DNA of 64,000 bases from Octopus vulgaris (Eukaryota), in the NCBI GenBank assembly GCA_951406725.2, contig OX597817.1, positions 87,606,001-87,670,000 on the forward strand, read 5' to 3'. The translations under genes and the position numbers were made by a program. Numbering within the stretch: position 1 is the stretch's first letter; every line of letters starts with the position of its first letter. The notes under the pieces were generated by a model. The model did no database searches. It was not told the origin of the DNA and worked only from the letters and a program-made list of their open reading frames with translations. Below, in pieces: positions 52,081 through 64,000 of the stretch.

Positions 52081-54714
52081 ACTAACACAGTTCAGTACTT
52101 ATTGTAAGATACGAACTAACCTCTTCACTGATTTTCCTTCAAGCTCTGCCGGCTGCGCACGATATCGTTTGTATTATCTCCAAGTGAAATTCAATTTGAA
52201 AGTATTTATTTAGAAAATATAGAAACATACTTGAAAGAATGTATTAAGTAGACAAGTAGGCTGTTGTACTATTGAACTTTTGACTCAATCATGCATTAGT
52301 CAAAGCTTGTGTTGTGGCTTCATATGAAATTTCCTTTCTCTGTGTTTATAGGATGTTTATAGGCAAAGTTGTCGGAAGTGTAATTATGCAGCACTCAAAT
52401 TGCAATCTGCAAACAACAATGTTTTGGAATTATTTAATTCCAAAGATGCTTTAGAGTTAACAACTGAATTAATACCAGGTAATAATTAATGCCAAGTAAC
52501 TTTAATTACAAAACTCAAGTTCCGCTAATCACTATTAAAGTTAATTCAGTAGGAGTAATAGTAACGTTCATTAAATTAAAGCTTTTAAATTCTAACTTGC
52601 ACAGAGAAGTCACTTAATTCATTGACTGTTCTACCAATTACCGACGAACACCTTGGAGTAAACTACATTACATGATAATGACACTTTCATCTTCGCTATT
52701 GATAAAGTTCTTTGTGAACTTACATCAGTTAAATTTACAAAACCACGGAACGGTTGTTGTCATTGGAAGTCTTTGATTACAAGCTTACTGTATCAGAGGT
52801 TTGCCTGGAGCTAGACAACAACAACGGTAGCAACCTATCACCTCTATTTACTGCTAGGTGAACAGAGCAGCTGTTGGAGCCATGTGTCTTGGCGATGGAC
52901 GAAATGCAATGACAATAATTGGGTACAGATTAACTCTATCTGATGCAACTCCTGTAATAATGAAGATGACCATTATTATTACAATGAAACATTTGATAAA
53001 TAAAGCCCAGAGAAATCATTTCTTTTAGACAACACACAAGAGAACCGATGTTAGACTTATCGGAGACTGGTAATGATTTATCATTAAGGAAATGGAATTT
53101 AGATTACAATCAAATAATTGAGTGTATGATGTGGTAAGTTGATTTCTTATCAACTCTTATTCTGTTTCGACGGGGCAGTAAATGGTAGAAAGACTGAACA
53201 ACGGACAATTTACTTTTACTCCAAATTCCATCAAGGTTAGTTCGCTCATGCAACTCAGTCTGGAGGTGATGAAATAAGTACTGTTGCCAGTAGACTCGAT
53301 TGCAGCTTTCAGCAAGATTTTTTGGCCCTGTACTTGTGGTAACAAACATTTTTTTCCTAATCTAGCAGCAAACGTTATTTACGACTTTAGAGTCTACATT
53401 TGGGAAATTCATGTCAAAACATTCTGAGAATAACAAACTGTTGCTTTCTGAAAATAATTTCCGAGAAAGATATAATGTATTTAATAAGAATCTTCAACTA
53501 AAACATGCAAAAGAATCGGAGAAAGGAAATAAGGTGGAAGATTGTAATACCATGGTCTTGATCGTTCAAATACCGAAAATAATCGAACCAAAATAGTTGT
53601 TTCCAAAGATTGATTTGTGAAAAGAAAACTCATTGGGAGGTCATCTCCAAGAGATTGTGACTGTGAATATGTTTAATAACTTGGTAAATATGCTTACTTT
53701 TCACTTCGATTTCCAATACAAATTACAAAGAATGGATAGAAAGAATAAATTGATTAATCCATCTTAGATACAGAATATTTTTCACAATAAGTTTTAAGGC
53801 GGTTTTTGGTACGTCAGCAATGTTCCAATATTAAACTGTCGTTAAGCCGCCGCCGGACCAAACTCTCAACATTCTCTAAACTAGTTACCTCCGCCCGATA
53901 ACCGATTCTATGTAGCCTACACATTTATAAGAAATAAAATGAGAAATTGTAAGTGTTTTGCATTTCTCAAGTTCAGTAGTATTGCAATTCTAATGGTGTG
54001 AACTGGTAAATTGAAACCGAGTCGTTCATTTGGTTTATAAGATTTATTATAAGTCGGAATCGGTTCCTTTTATTTGTATATTTAGCTCTTAATTTGAGAT
54101 GTTACATGTAGGTGGTTCACTTTTTAATTCACATAAATTTATATTGAATGAACTTCATTAAAGAACACTTCCCAGGGAGGTCTTGAACGAGAAATAAATG
54201 AAATAATCAGCTTATGAAAGAATTTATATACGCGAACATCTCTTCGCATCAATCTTTCCCAAATCAATAAAATGCCTATATTTAGATTTCTAAATGACCT
54301 GCTAGATGACCTTACCAAAGTTACTATGCCAGAAATTTACTTTCAGAAACATTCCTATTGTACATCATTTTATATTACCTAATTCCGTTCCTGAACGTCA
54401 ACAAATTCTATTTTCAGTTTCAACTACTTATTTTTACGTTGTAATGTTCAACATGAAGTCAGAAGTTCTGAACAAGCAAAGTCCAAAACCTAATTCAGTT
54501 TTTGGTTGTATCCATTTTACTTGACTCTCTATAAAGATTTTATGGCGTATGAACGTCCCTAATTCTCACTTCTCTCGTTTGTAATAAACTTCTGTTTTTG
54601 TTCAATAAACAGTTTATTTCTCACCAGCAACGTCATATAAAAATTATATAGTTTTCTTTATTTCTCTTGATGAAAATGTCTTGGCAAAAACGCAGTAAAA
54701 GGTGAAATGTAATT

Positions 54715-55046
54715 ACTCTTACTCTTTTAACTCTTTTACTTGTTTCAATCAGTTGACTGCGGCCATGCTGGAGCACCGCCTTTGTAAGCCTAGTACTTAT
54801 TTTATCAGTTCCTTTTGCCGAACCGCTAAGTTACGGGGACGTAAACACGCCAGCATCGATTGTCAAGCGATGTTGGGGGGACAAACAGACACACAAACAC
54901 ACACACACATACATATACATATATGAGACGGACTTCTTTCAGTTTCCGTCTACCAAATCCACTCACAAGGCTTTATTCGGCCCAAGGCTATAGTAGAAGA
55001 CACTTGTCCAGGGTGCTACTTACCACACAGCCACTCCTGCGCCTAT
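54715..55046 (-). mobile_element. SINE family A with internal deletions
   Basis: Colinear with the other A copies. Confidence 0.85.
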
Positions 55047-55643
55047 AATGTTCATACTTTTCTCCAAAAAACTAGTTCCTGTCAGTTACATAAACTAAAT
55101 ACAACCGTAAATTGAAACCGGGTTGCAGATGTTTCTTGCAACAAGAAGTGATTAGAGAATGCTCGGCGAAAATATTATTAAAGTTGAAAACCGAATTTAT
55201 TGCCGCTAGGAAATGGAATAAAGTGTAATAATAATTCAATTTATAACAATTAAAATATTTCTGTAAGTTGTTTCTTACGCTGATACTAAAGTTTTACCCG
55301 TTATATGAAGGATAACTTTGGACGTATACTTTTGCCATTGTGAGTAATGTCAGGAAATATGGTATGCATACAATAATTATAATTCAAGCCTTATCGAATT
55401 TCTTGGTGCTTGTACAAAATGATAACTAATTTTTCAAAAGAAAGATATTTATCATTTTTAAATCAAATTAAATAAAATAAATTTCTCATTTGTACATTTG
55501 CAATAAATGTTATTATTTTTTCTACACAACAGAATATGTTTTCTACATTTTATCAAAATAATCGTAATCTATGCCATCAAAAACCTATGTATGTAAGAAA
55601 ATTTTCAAGCAAGTTATAAGACATCCATTCTATACCTTTTATG

Positions 55644-55704
<61 letters not shown>

Positions 55705-55863
55705 TTTCTCTCTCTTTCTCTTTCTTTCTCTTTCTCCCTTTTTTCTTTCCCTTTTTTCCCTTTCTCTCTACACAATGTAAAGTGTGACTGGAGAAATCAA
55801 CCAACCAACTAACCAATTTATGTTGGCTTTTTTCAATTATAGATCTTCAATGTAGATCGTTCT

Positions 55864-56080
55864 AAAGGCGGCCATCTGCCAGAATCCTTAGCACGCTGGG
55901 CAAAATGCTAAGCGGCGTTTCACCTATCTTTACGTTCTGTTTTCAAATTCCACCGAGGTCGACTTTGCCTTTCATCCCCTTTTGGGTTGATAAAATAATT
56001 ACCAGGTGAGCACTGGGTTCGATGTAATCGACTTACTCTCTCTCCCAAAATTGCTGGCCTTATGCCAAAATTTGAAACCG
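55864..56080 (+). mobile_element. SINE family B, full length
   Basis: AAGGCGGC...GTCGACTTTGCCTTTCATCC...CCAAAATTTGAAACC. Confidence 0.88.
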
Positions 56081-56287
56081 ATATAGACTGTTCTAATCGT
56101 TTAGTGTCACAGCCAGGCTAATAATGCAGATAAGAATAAAACTTGATTTGTAATGATATAAAAATGGTTGCTGCAACTGCCGATACTCTTATCCTGGACA
56201 TTAGCAACAACATAACGAAATAGAAATATCTGCAATTGAAAATCAAAACGAGATAAGAAACATAACTTCCCAATTTTTTTTTTTATG

Positions 56288-56414
56288 AGTTCTTTGTAAG
56301 CCTAACACTTATTCTATCGGTCACTTTTGCCGAACCGCTAAGTTACGGGGACGTAAACACACCAGCATCTGTTGTCAAGCGATGTTGGCGTGGGGGACAG
56401 AAACACAAACACTT

Positions 56415-56457
<43 letters not shown>

Positions 56458-56624
56458 TAAGTCGGGCTTCTTTCAGTTTCTGTCTATCAAATCTACTCAC
56501 AAGGCTTTGGTCGACCGAGGCTATAGTAGAACACACTTGCCCAAGGTGCTACGCAGTTGGACTGAACCTGGAATAATGTGGTTCGTAAGCAAGCTACTTA
56601 CCACACAGCCACTCCTACGCCTAT
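56288..56624 (-). mobile_element. SINE family A
   Basis: Colinear with the other A copies. Confidence 0.85.
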
Positions 56625-57154
56625 AAATACTTCTCACAGATCCTATAATACTTCTTACAGATCAGGTCGTTTCACTGTTAAAAATAGATACAAAATCCCT
56701 TCAAATCACACATTCCTGTCTTAAATATAGTAGAGTACATTAATCAATGTAATCCTCGATATACAAAAATGTTTGGGTAGTCAAAGCTGAAACGCCTTTA
56801 ATCCTTAATCTTCTCGATCAGAGTAGACCTGGGCTAAATAAGACCACTACCACCAACAACAACAACAACCACAACAACCTGTGTGGATACAAGTAGAGTG
56901 AAGCATTGATGAGTGTATTTTCCAAAGATGGAACAGGAACTCACAATCGTTTAGCCAAGCTCCTAACCTCACTACACACACACACACACACACATTCTAG
57001 CAACCCAGTCGTCTGTGAAGCATAGACAATATCTATGTGATGTAAGAATAAATTGGTAATGGAAAAGTTTCTATATATCCACATGGAACCAGGAATATAT
57101 TAGGATAATCGAATTACTGAAGTTATAAGAATTTAAAAACTTCGACAGAATGTG

Positions 57155-57335
57155 AAATAATTCTTTGGTAGAGGTACGGTGAAACTCGAAGCAGATTAAG
57201 CTCCAAATAATAGAAAAAGTCGAATGCAGCATTCGACTTTCTCTATCCAAAAGTTTTTAAACTCAATATTTACAGACTATTAATTATAGCTTTTTCTGCT
57301 CCAAGTTTCACTGTTCTCAAAAAAAGAATTCAATT
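57155..57335. repeat. Decayed foldback element with a near-perfect 35-bp central hairpin
   Basis: TAGAAAAAGTCGAATGC-A-GCATTCGACTTTCTCTA (57211-57245). Outer arms GTGAAACTCGAAGCAGA / TCTGCTCCAAGTTTCAC. Confidence 0.75.
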
Positions 57336-57589
57336 TCTATTTTAAACCCAATTACTTAATTACTTCCAACTAATTATGTAATTGATTTCTTTTGTCTCTG
57401 TCAAACAATCCGTTCTGGAAGAATGATTGAGGGGATGGTTTATTATCTTTGAATTGGGCATGATATTAACCTGTCGCTTCTCTAGTGGCCCATGATGGAA
57501 CTTAGGCACAAGATTGCAAGCTTGTAAATCAATCGGCTATTTACGGCAACAAAACTGCTCAAAGCTACAAACCACATCTTTACAGACAT

Positions 57590-59147
57590 TGTCACCATTA
57601 CTATCACAACTACCACCATGATGATGATCATCATCATCATCACTGCCACAACTATCATTATCATAACCATGATCATCATCATCACCACAACCACTACCAC
57701 TATCATCACCACCAACACTACCACCACCACCATCATCATCATCATTACCACTAATGCCACCATCATCCTTATCACCACTACCATCACCACCATCACCATC
57801 ATCATCATCATCATCACTACCACAACCACCGTCACAACTACTACCACTACTAACACCACTACCACCAACATCATTCCACAGCTAACACCACCACTAACAC
57901 TTCTACCTCTCCGTCATTACTCCCATCGCTACCATCACCACAATCATCACTACCATCATTACCACTACCACCAGCACCACCACTACAGCCATCCTTACCA
58001 CCATCACTACCACCAGCATCATCGTCACCACCACACTACCACTACCACCACCACCACTACTACCACTACCATCATCACCACCACTATGACCACTACCATC
58101 ACCATCCTTACCACCATCACCACCACTAATACTACCACCAGCATCATCCTCATCCCCTTCACTACCACCCATACCGTTACTACTCCACCGCTACCATCAC
58201 CACCGTAGTTAAGGTAACCGCAAATACTAACATGCCATCGCAACTATATTCACATCCGTTATAATCACCACCATGCCACCACACGGTCGGCACTACAGCA
58301 TGGCTGTCACCGTTAGAACTACCATCTTTACATTGCTCTTATCAGTTAACGGTGGGAGAAGGTTCGAGATGAAATATATATTTTTTGACACTTTATTTAT
58401 ACAATGTAGAAGTGGTGAATTCCTAATCGATAAGACGAACATCTTTTCCACGACTCCCGGTGCAAACGAAAAACTTCTACAGTAGTCTCAAGTTGTTGGG
58501 CGGGTTTGAGAGTGGAAATGGTGGTAATGGCGGCGGCGGTGGCGGTAGCGGTGGAGGTGGTAGTGGTGGTGGTATATTGGTGGTGCTGGTGGTATGTTGG
58601 TGGTTCCTGGTGGTATGTTGGTGGTGGTGATATGTTGGTGGTGGTGTTATGTTGGCGGTGATGGTGGCGGCGGCGGTGGTAGTGGTGGTGGTGGTGGTGG
58701 CTGCGGCGGCGGTGGTAATGGTGGTGATAGTGGCGGCGGCGGTGGTGGTGGTAGTGGTGGTGGCGGCGGCAGCGGCGGTGGTGGCGGCTTCAGCGGCGGT
58801 GGTGGTTGCGGTGGTAGTGGTTGGTGGTGGTATGTTGATGGTGATAGTGGTGGCGGTGGAGATGTTACGGGTGTTGGTGCTGGTGCTGCTGCTTGCTGTT
58901 GTTAGTGTTACAGTTGCTTTTATTGATGTAGTTGCTTGTAATAGTAGCTGGGTATAACTGGGTATAACGAGGGTGTCGACGCGGGGGTGGGGTGGAAGCG
59001 GAGCTGTGAAGAGTTGTAGCACAGGTGACAGAAGTGATGATCATAGTGCTTGCCTATCGTGGGCGTAGTGACACTGGACGACAACCATCACGACGACGAC
59101 GACGACAGCAACGATGATGATGGTGATGAAAATAACCATGAAGATGC

Positions 59148-59180
<33 letters not shown>

Positions 59181-59218
59181 CAACTGCTAGTGAAGATGAT
59201 GATCATGATCATGATGAA

Positions 59219-59253
<35 letters not shown>

Positions 59254-60130
59254 CAACTGCTAGTGAAGTTGATGACGACGACGACGATGATGATGATGAT
59301 GTTGATGGTGATGCTGGTAGTGGTGGTGGTGGTGAAAATAGTGATGAAATTGCTGCTAATGATAATGATGATGATGATGATGATGATGATGACGACGACA
59401 ACTGCTAGTGACGATGGTGATATTGGACAATAACAATGATGATCATGATCATGATGATCATGATGATCATGAGTACGACGATGGCGACTACAACAACGAC
59501 TAGTGATGAGGTAAGAGCTAGCTATCTGTCAATGGGGCGTTGAGAAGGTCAGGTGAATCAGGTGTAGTCGCAAATGATGGTGTTTACTAGAGAAGGCGTT
59601 GCGATGGTCTTTCTCTCGAGATGCTACTATAACGGCTGGATGCTACTGCTACAGTTGAGGTAATAGTACTGACGGCGGTGGCGGCGGCAATGATGGTGGT
59701 GGTAGTGGTGGTGGTAAAGGAGAGGTGGTAGTTTTGTGAAGGCGGAGTGGTAGTTTTGTGAGGGCAGAGTGGTGACGGGTGTGGCGAAACAAAACGGTGA
59801 ATCCAGGTATCTGCCTTGGTGATGGTGGTGGTGGTGGTATGGTGGTGGTAGTGGTGGTGGTGGGGGTTGTAATGGTGAAGGTGGTGGTGGTGGTGGTGGT
59901 AATGGAGAGGTGGTAGTTTTGTGAGGGCGGAGTGGTGACGGGTGTGGCGAAGCAAAACGGTGAATACAGGTATATGCCTTGGTGGCGGTTGTGGTGGTGG
60001 TGGTGGTGGTGGTGGTTTTGGTGACGGTGGTGGTGGCGGCGGCGGCGACGGTGATAGAGGTGACGGTAAGGACGGTAGCGGTGGTAGGGGATGTGGTGAA
60101 GCAAAAAGGTGAAGCAAAAAGGGGATGCAA
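57590..60130. repeat. 2.5-kb mosaic of trinucleotide repeats (CAC/CAT/TAC, GGT/GGC, GAT) with embedded minisatellite units
   Basis: Direct reading. The ORFs here are low-complexity artefacts. Confidence 0.9.
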
Positions 60131-60292
60131 AAAGGTGAAGCCTGGAGTCTCTCTCAGTAGTGTTGGTGGTGGCGTTGAGAGTATGTTGCGATGGAATTAT
60201 ACGAAGCTGCTTCTACACTGGTCATATAGTATTGGTAGTGTTGAGAGAGCGTGCTTAAGGAAGCCACTGTTGTCTGCGATGTGTTTACTGCT

Positions 60293-60331
<39 letters not shown>

Positions 60332-60949
60332 GGGGTGAGCAGATACATCAGTTTGGGATGTCAGACTCACCTGCTAAACACTGTTTCCTCTTTCACTCAC
60401 AAAATACTTGCCAACTTTTGCTGATGTTGTTTAGCCCTAGGTCAGTCTTGCTCAAGCACATTTATCATCAAAATCGTTCCAATCCTGATCACAAATCCAA
60501 ACGCGTCCTTCCTATTTTTAAGACTGTATGATTTGATTAACAAATGATTTGACTGCTAGTTTTAGCCAGTCTAGCGACCATGCAGTGCTGTGGCTGTTGC
60601 TGTTTAATCCCAAAAACAGCCCTATGTTACAAAGGCGTTCCAGTCATGATCGTCCCGTCAGGAGCTCCAGTTGCTATTTCTAACAGATCGCGTGCTCTCT
60701 TCTTTGGTGGAAGCGGTGAAAGTGCTGTTGAGATCATATTGTTAGTGTTGATGGTAGGCGTCAGAGATGATACGCTAAAAATTACTTTATATGACGGTGA
60801 TTAGAGTGATGATGGCTATCGTGGTGATAATGATCATGATGATGATCATGATGATCATGATCGACGGCGATGGTTTGCAACGATAAGAAACAGTTGTTAC
60901 GACTTTACTCTTACAACTTAAATCCCATACCCCTATAACTACTACTATT

Positions 60950-60998
<49 letters not shown>

Positions 60999-61156
60999 GA
61001 CAACTGGTAGTAGTAGTAGTACTACTACTACAACTGGTACAGTTAATACTACTAGTAATATCACTACATTGCTACTACTATCATTACAAATACTACTATT
61101 ACTACTACAAGTAGCAGTAGTAGTAGAAGTAGTAGTAGTAACACAGCAGCAGCAGC

Positions 61157-61232
<76 letters not shown>

Positions 61233-61444
61233 ATTGTTACAGAAGTACACGATTCAAGTTACAAAAGTCGCAGCAAGTATTTCTGTTTTGTTGAAAATCA
61301 TCGTTCTCGAAATCCTTCTCCTCATGTTCATCACCCTCCATCTTCATCGTCGTCATCATCCTCATCATCACCATCATTATCATAATCAGCACTGTTACTA
61401 GTGTTCTCATTAGAGAAGACTAGTGATTTCGTTCTCAGCGGGTG

Positions 61445-61900
61445 TTACTCGTGTCCTCTGATGAGGGTGGGCAACAAAAGCGAGAGAGCGATAGACTTGT
61501 TGCCCTCAGTGATCAAATAGCACTAGTGTTGGCATCGCTTCACATCCAATTGTACTTGATCAAGCATAGACCCCATTCGGTCATAAATGACCATAATATT
61601 GCACCAAGAAAGTTACCCTTCGAGGCACAAGTCCAGACAAGGTTATTTATAGAAAACCAGCAGCCGCCCATGTATACTGGTCTCCCCTCTCCACACCACT
61701 GATGTTATCCAAAGGAAAGACAAAGGCCGATACAGCTTGGCACCAGTGACGTCACAACTCATTTCTACAGTTGAGTGAACTGGAGCGACGTGAAATAAAG
61801 TTCCTTGCTCAAGAACACAACATACATCCCAGTAAGAGAATCGAACTCACTACCTCATGATTGTGAGGTCAACGCTCTAATCCCCGAGCCATGCATTTTC
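61445..61900 (-). mobile_element. SINE related to family C (same head/centre, different tail)
   Basis: GTTGAGTGAACTGGAGC..GAAATAAAG..CTTGCTCAAGAACACAAC..GAATCGAACTC. Confidence 0.7.
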
Positions 61901-62007
61901 ACCTTAGCTGATATGATACCAGTAAAATACTGTGATCATTTCAATCTTGTTCGGGTCCTCACTTTTTGTCATTTAAAGGCTGTTGTTGTAGGGAAGGTGA
62001 TAGTTTG

Positions 62008-62123
<116 letters not shown>

Positions 62124-62299
62124 TTATATTATTATTATTATTTTTTTTTTTAAGAACTTTTCTTTTTATGTAACTGGACTTTCTCTGTGCCTTAAATACT
62201 CAAAATATACTCGGTCGAATAGATGAAATATAGCCATATATCTGTGCTACAGGGTAGTAGGTCATTTAAAACAGTCGTTAACCGAAATATAATAAACAC

Positions 62300-62628
62300 G
62301 CAGACACTCCGTCTGTTACGACGATGAGCGTTCCAGTTGATCCGATCAACGGAACAGCCTGCTCGTGAAACTAGCGTGCAAGTTGTTCATCACTTCACAC
62401 ACAAGCACGTGCCCTTAACATAGTTTTCAGGGAGATTCAGCACGACACAGTGTGTGACAAAATTGGCCCTTTGACTTACAGGTACTACTCATTTTGCCGG
62501 CTGAGTGGACTGGAGCAATGTGAAAGAAAGTGTCTTGCACAAGGAGACAACACACCGTCGGGAATCGAACTCACGACCTTACAATCGTGAGCCGAATACC
62601 CTAACAATCACTGAGCCACATACCTTCA
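62300..62628 (-). mobile_element. SINE family C
   Basis: Homologous to 15758-16070. Confidence 0.85.
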
Positions 62629-63247
62629 CTAATACACCGCACACGCACATACGCGCGCGCGCACACACACACACTATTATATATTTCAGAAATATTTCGC
62701 CCCCTCCTCAATCTTTCTAATGAAAAGACATAATTCAGTTTCCCTGACTATAATTCTTTCTTCGCTCAAGGCTTCGGAAAAGTCTAATGTGCTTAAAACC
62801 ATTTAAGTTTATTAAACAAGGCAATTTATTCGCCCACTTTTCAACCCTCATATTCTTCACTGTGAGGAATACTAGTTTAAGGTGTCCCTTAAGACGAGAA
62901 CTTATTTTCAGAGATAAATTTGGATCCTGAGAGTTCAAACTAAATGCAGATGAAACGTAAACAAACTCGACACAGTTCATTCAGAATCGCTTCACTTCGC
63001 TGATACCGTTGGAGAATGTATGAATGTCACAGCTTATCTCCTATCTTCCCTAAAATAGAGAGACTTTGGTGTGGTTGAGATGGAAAGGGAAGCGGGTCAC
63101 GTGCTATAGTAGTACTTAAATATTATTCGCAAAGTTCATGGACTGAAACAACCCTAATGCTCAACTGGTACTTATTTTATCAACTCCGAAAGGGGTAAAA
63201 AGCAAAGTGAACCTTGGCGGAATTTGAACTCGGGACAGATATGTCCA

Positions 63248-63797
63248 CTGGCTGTTGTACGGTAAAGAAAATCTTGAGAGAGCCGAACAATGGTATGAAC
63301 ACAAGCCAGATGGTATAATGGAAAACGAACATTAAAAAATACTCGGGGACTTTAACATGCAGTGTGACCAAGTCATAGAGGCGAGACGACCAGACATTGT
63401 GCTCATCCATAAAGATGAGAAAGCAGTAAAGATAGTAGGTGTTGCAATACCAGGCGATTCGAAGGTGGAATGTAAGGAAACAGAAAAGATTGAGAAATAC
63501 CAGCTACTGCGGGACGAGATGGGAAGGTTATGGGGCATGGGGAAAGTAATGGTGATACCGGTGGTAATCGGGGCATTAGGAGCAGTTTCCTAGGTCTTTG
63601 AAAAACATATTAAGAATATTGGAGCTGCTGTCAGGCTCGAGGTGATCCAAGAAGACAGCATTGTTGGGTATAGCTCGCATTCTAAGGAGAGTATTGTCTT
63701 TTTGAGTCACAGAAGGCACTACTTGAAACCTTTGGTGATTTGCTATTGCCTGCTTTCAAGTAAAGAATAACCGGTAAGAACTATCCGAGAGTCTTCC

Positions 63798-63833
<36 letters not shown>
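63248..63833 (+). mobile_element. R4/Dong-like LINE 3' fragment (RLE domain) with (TAA)n tail
   Basis: WYEHKP..DFNMQCDQVIEARRPDIVLI..VAIPGD..KETEKIEKYQLL..PVVIGALG..ARILRRVL, then (TAA)n at 63798-63833. Confidence 0.9.
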
Positions 63834-63834
<1 letters not shown>

Positions 63835-64000
63835 CCTGATGCAGTACCAGGCACTCGCTGCCCTGATGCAGTACCATGTAGTGGCTCTCATGGCTTTTGA
63901 TCTTAACTGATTGGAAGTGTTATCACGTACAGCAAATATTCTGCTTAATACCACAGATTTGCTTGTCAGTTACTTGACCTTCCCTTAGTGGCTGACGATA
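63834..64000. mobile_element. Repeat family G, truncated by the window end
   Basis: Homologous to 41537-41720. Starts right after (TAA)n. Confidence 0.65.

Noticed and set aside
53029-53132. Plus-strand exon bounded by TTCTTTTAG and GTAAGT
   Set aside because: All three frames contain stops. It could only be non-coding and nothing else supports it.
58594-58905. Glycine-rich ORF resembling a structural protein (suckerin or keratin-like)
   Set aside because: It is a GGT/GGC microsatellite mosaic that is open in several frames, with no signal peptide or splice support.
59178-59411. CRISPR-like repeat-spacer pattern
   Set aside because: The repeats are only 15 bp, the spacers are (GAT)n microsatellite of variable length, the context is eukaryotic and no cas genes are present.

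Overview
This is eukaryotic, AT-rich, intronic or intergenic DNA, very dense in microsatellites and transposons. The SINE families and repeat style point to an octopod cephalopod (Octopus-like); that assignment is an inference. No host protein-coding gene is recognisable, and almost all ORFs in the track are translated microsatellites. The real coding remnants are all transposon-derived: a decayed Penelope-like element (RT + GIY-YIG, Naiad-like motifs) plus two more fragments, a young L1/Tx1 ORF2 3' part, four restriction-like-endonuclease (R4/Dong-type) LINE 3' ends, an RTE 3' end and a decayed maT/DD37D-like transposase. About 25 tRNA-derived SINE copies and several MITEs fill the rest. The most notable structures are: (1) a 3.2-kb foldback (arms about 1.5 kb, spacer about 25 bp) with hammerhead-ribozyme-like motifs at both outer ends; (2) retroelements apparently partitioned by microsatellite target (Tx1 in GATA with a probable >80-bp target duplication, an RLE-LINE in TACA, Dong-like in TAA, PLE-like elements in TA); (3) a Merlin-like MITE carrying telomeric (CCCTAA)n and a CCAAT/CRE module; (4) a long-TIR MULE-like element with an 8-bp TSD; (5) many further hairpins. 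A possible minus-strand gene start at about 23.7-27.5 kb is weakly supported. Coordinates were read by eye, and decayed-repeat boundaries are approximate.
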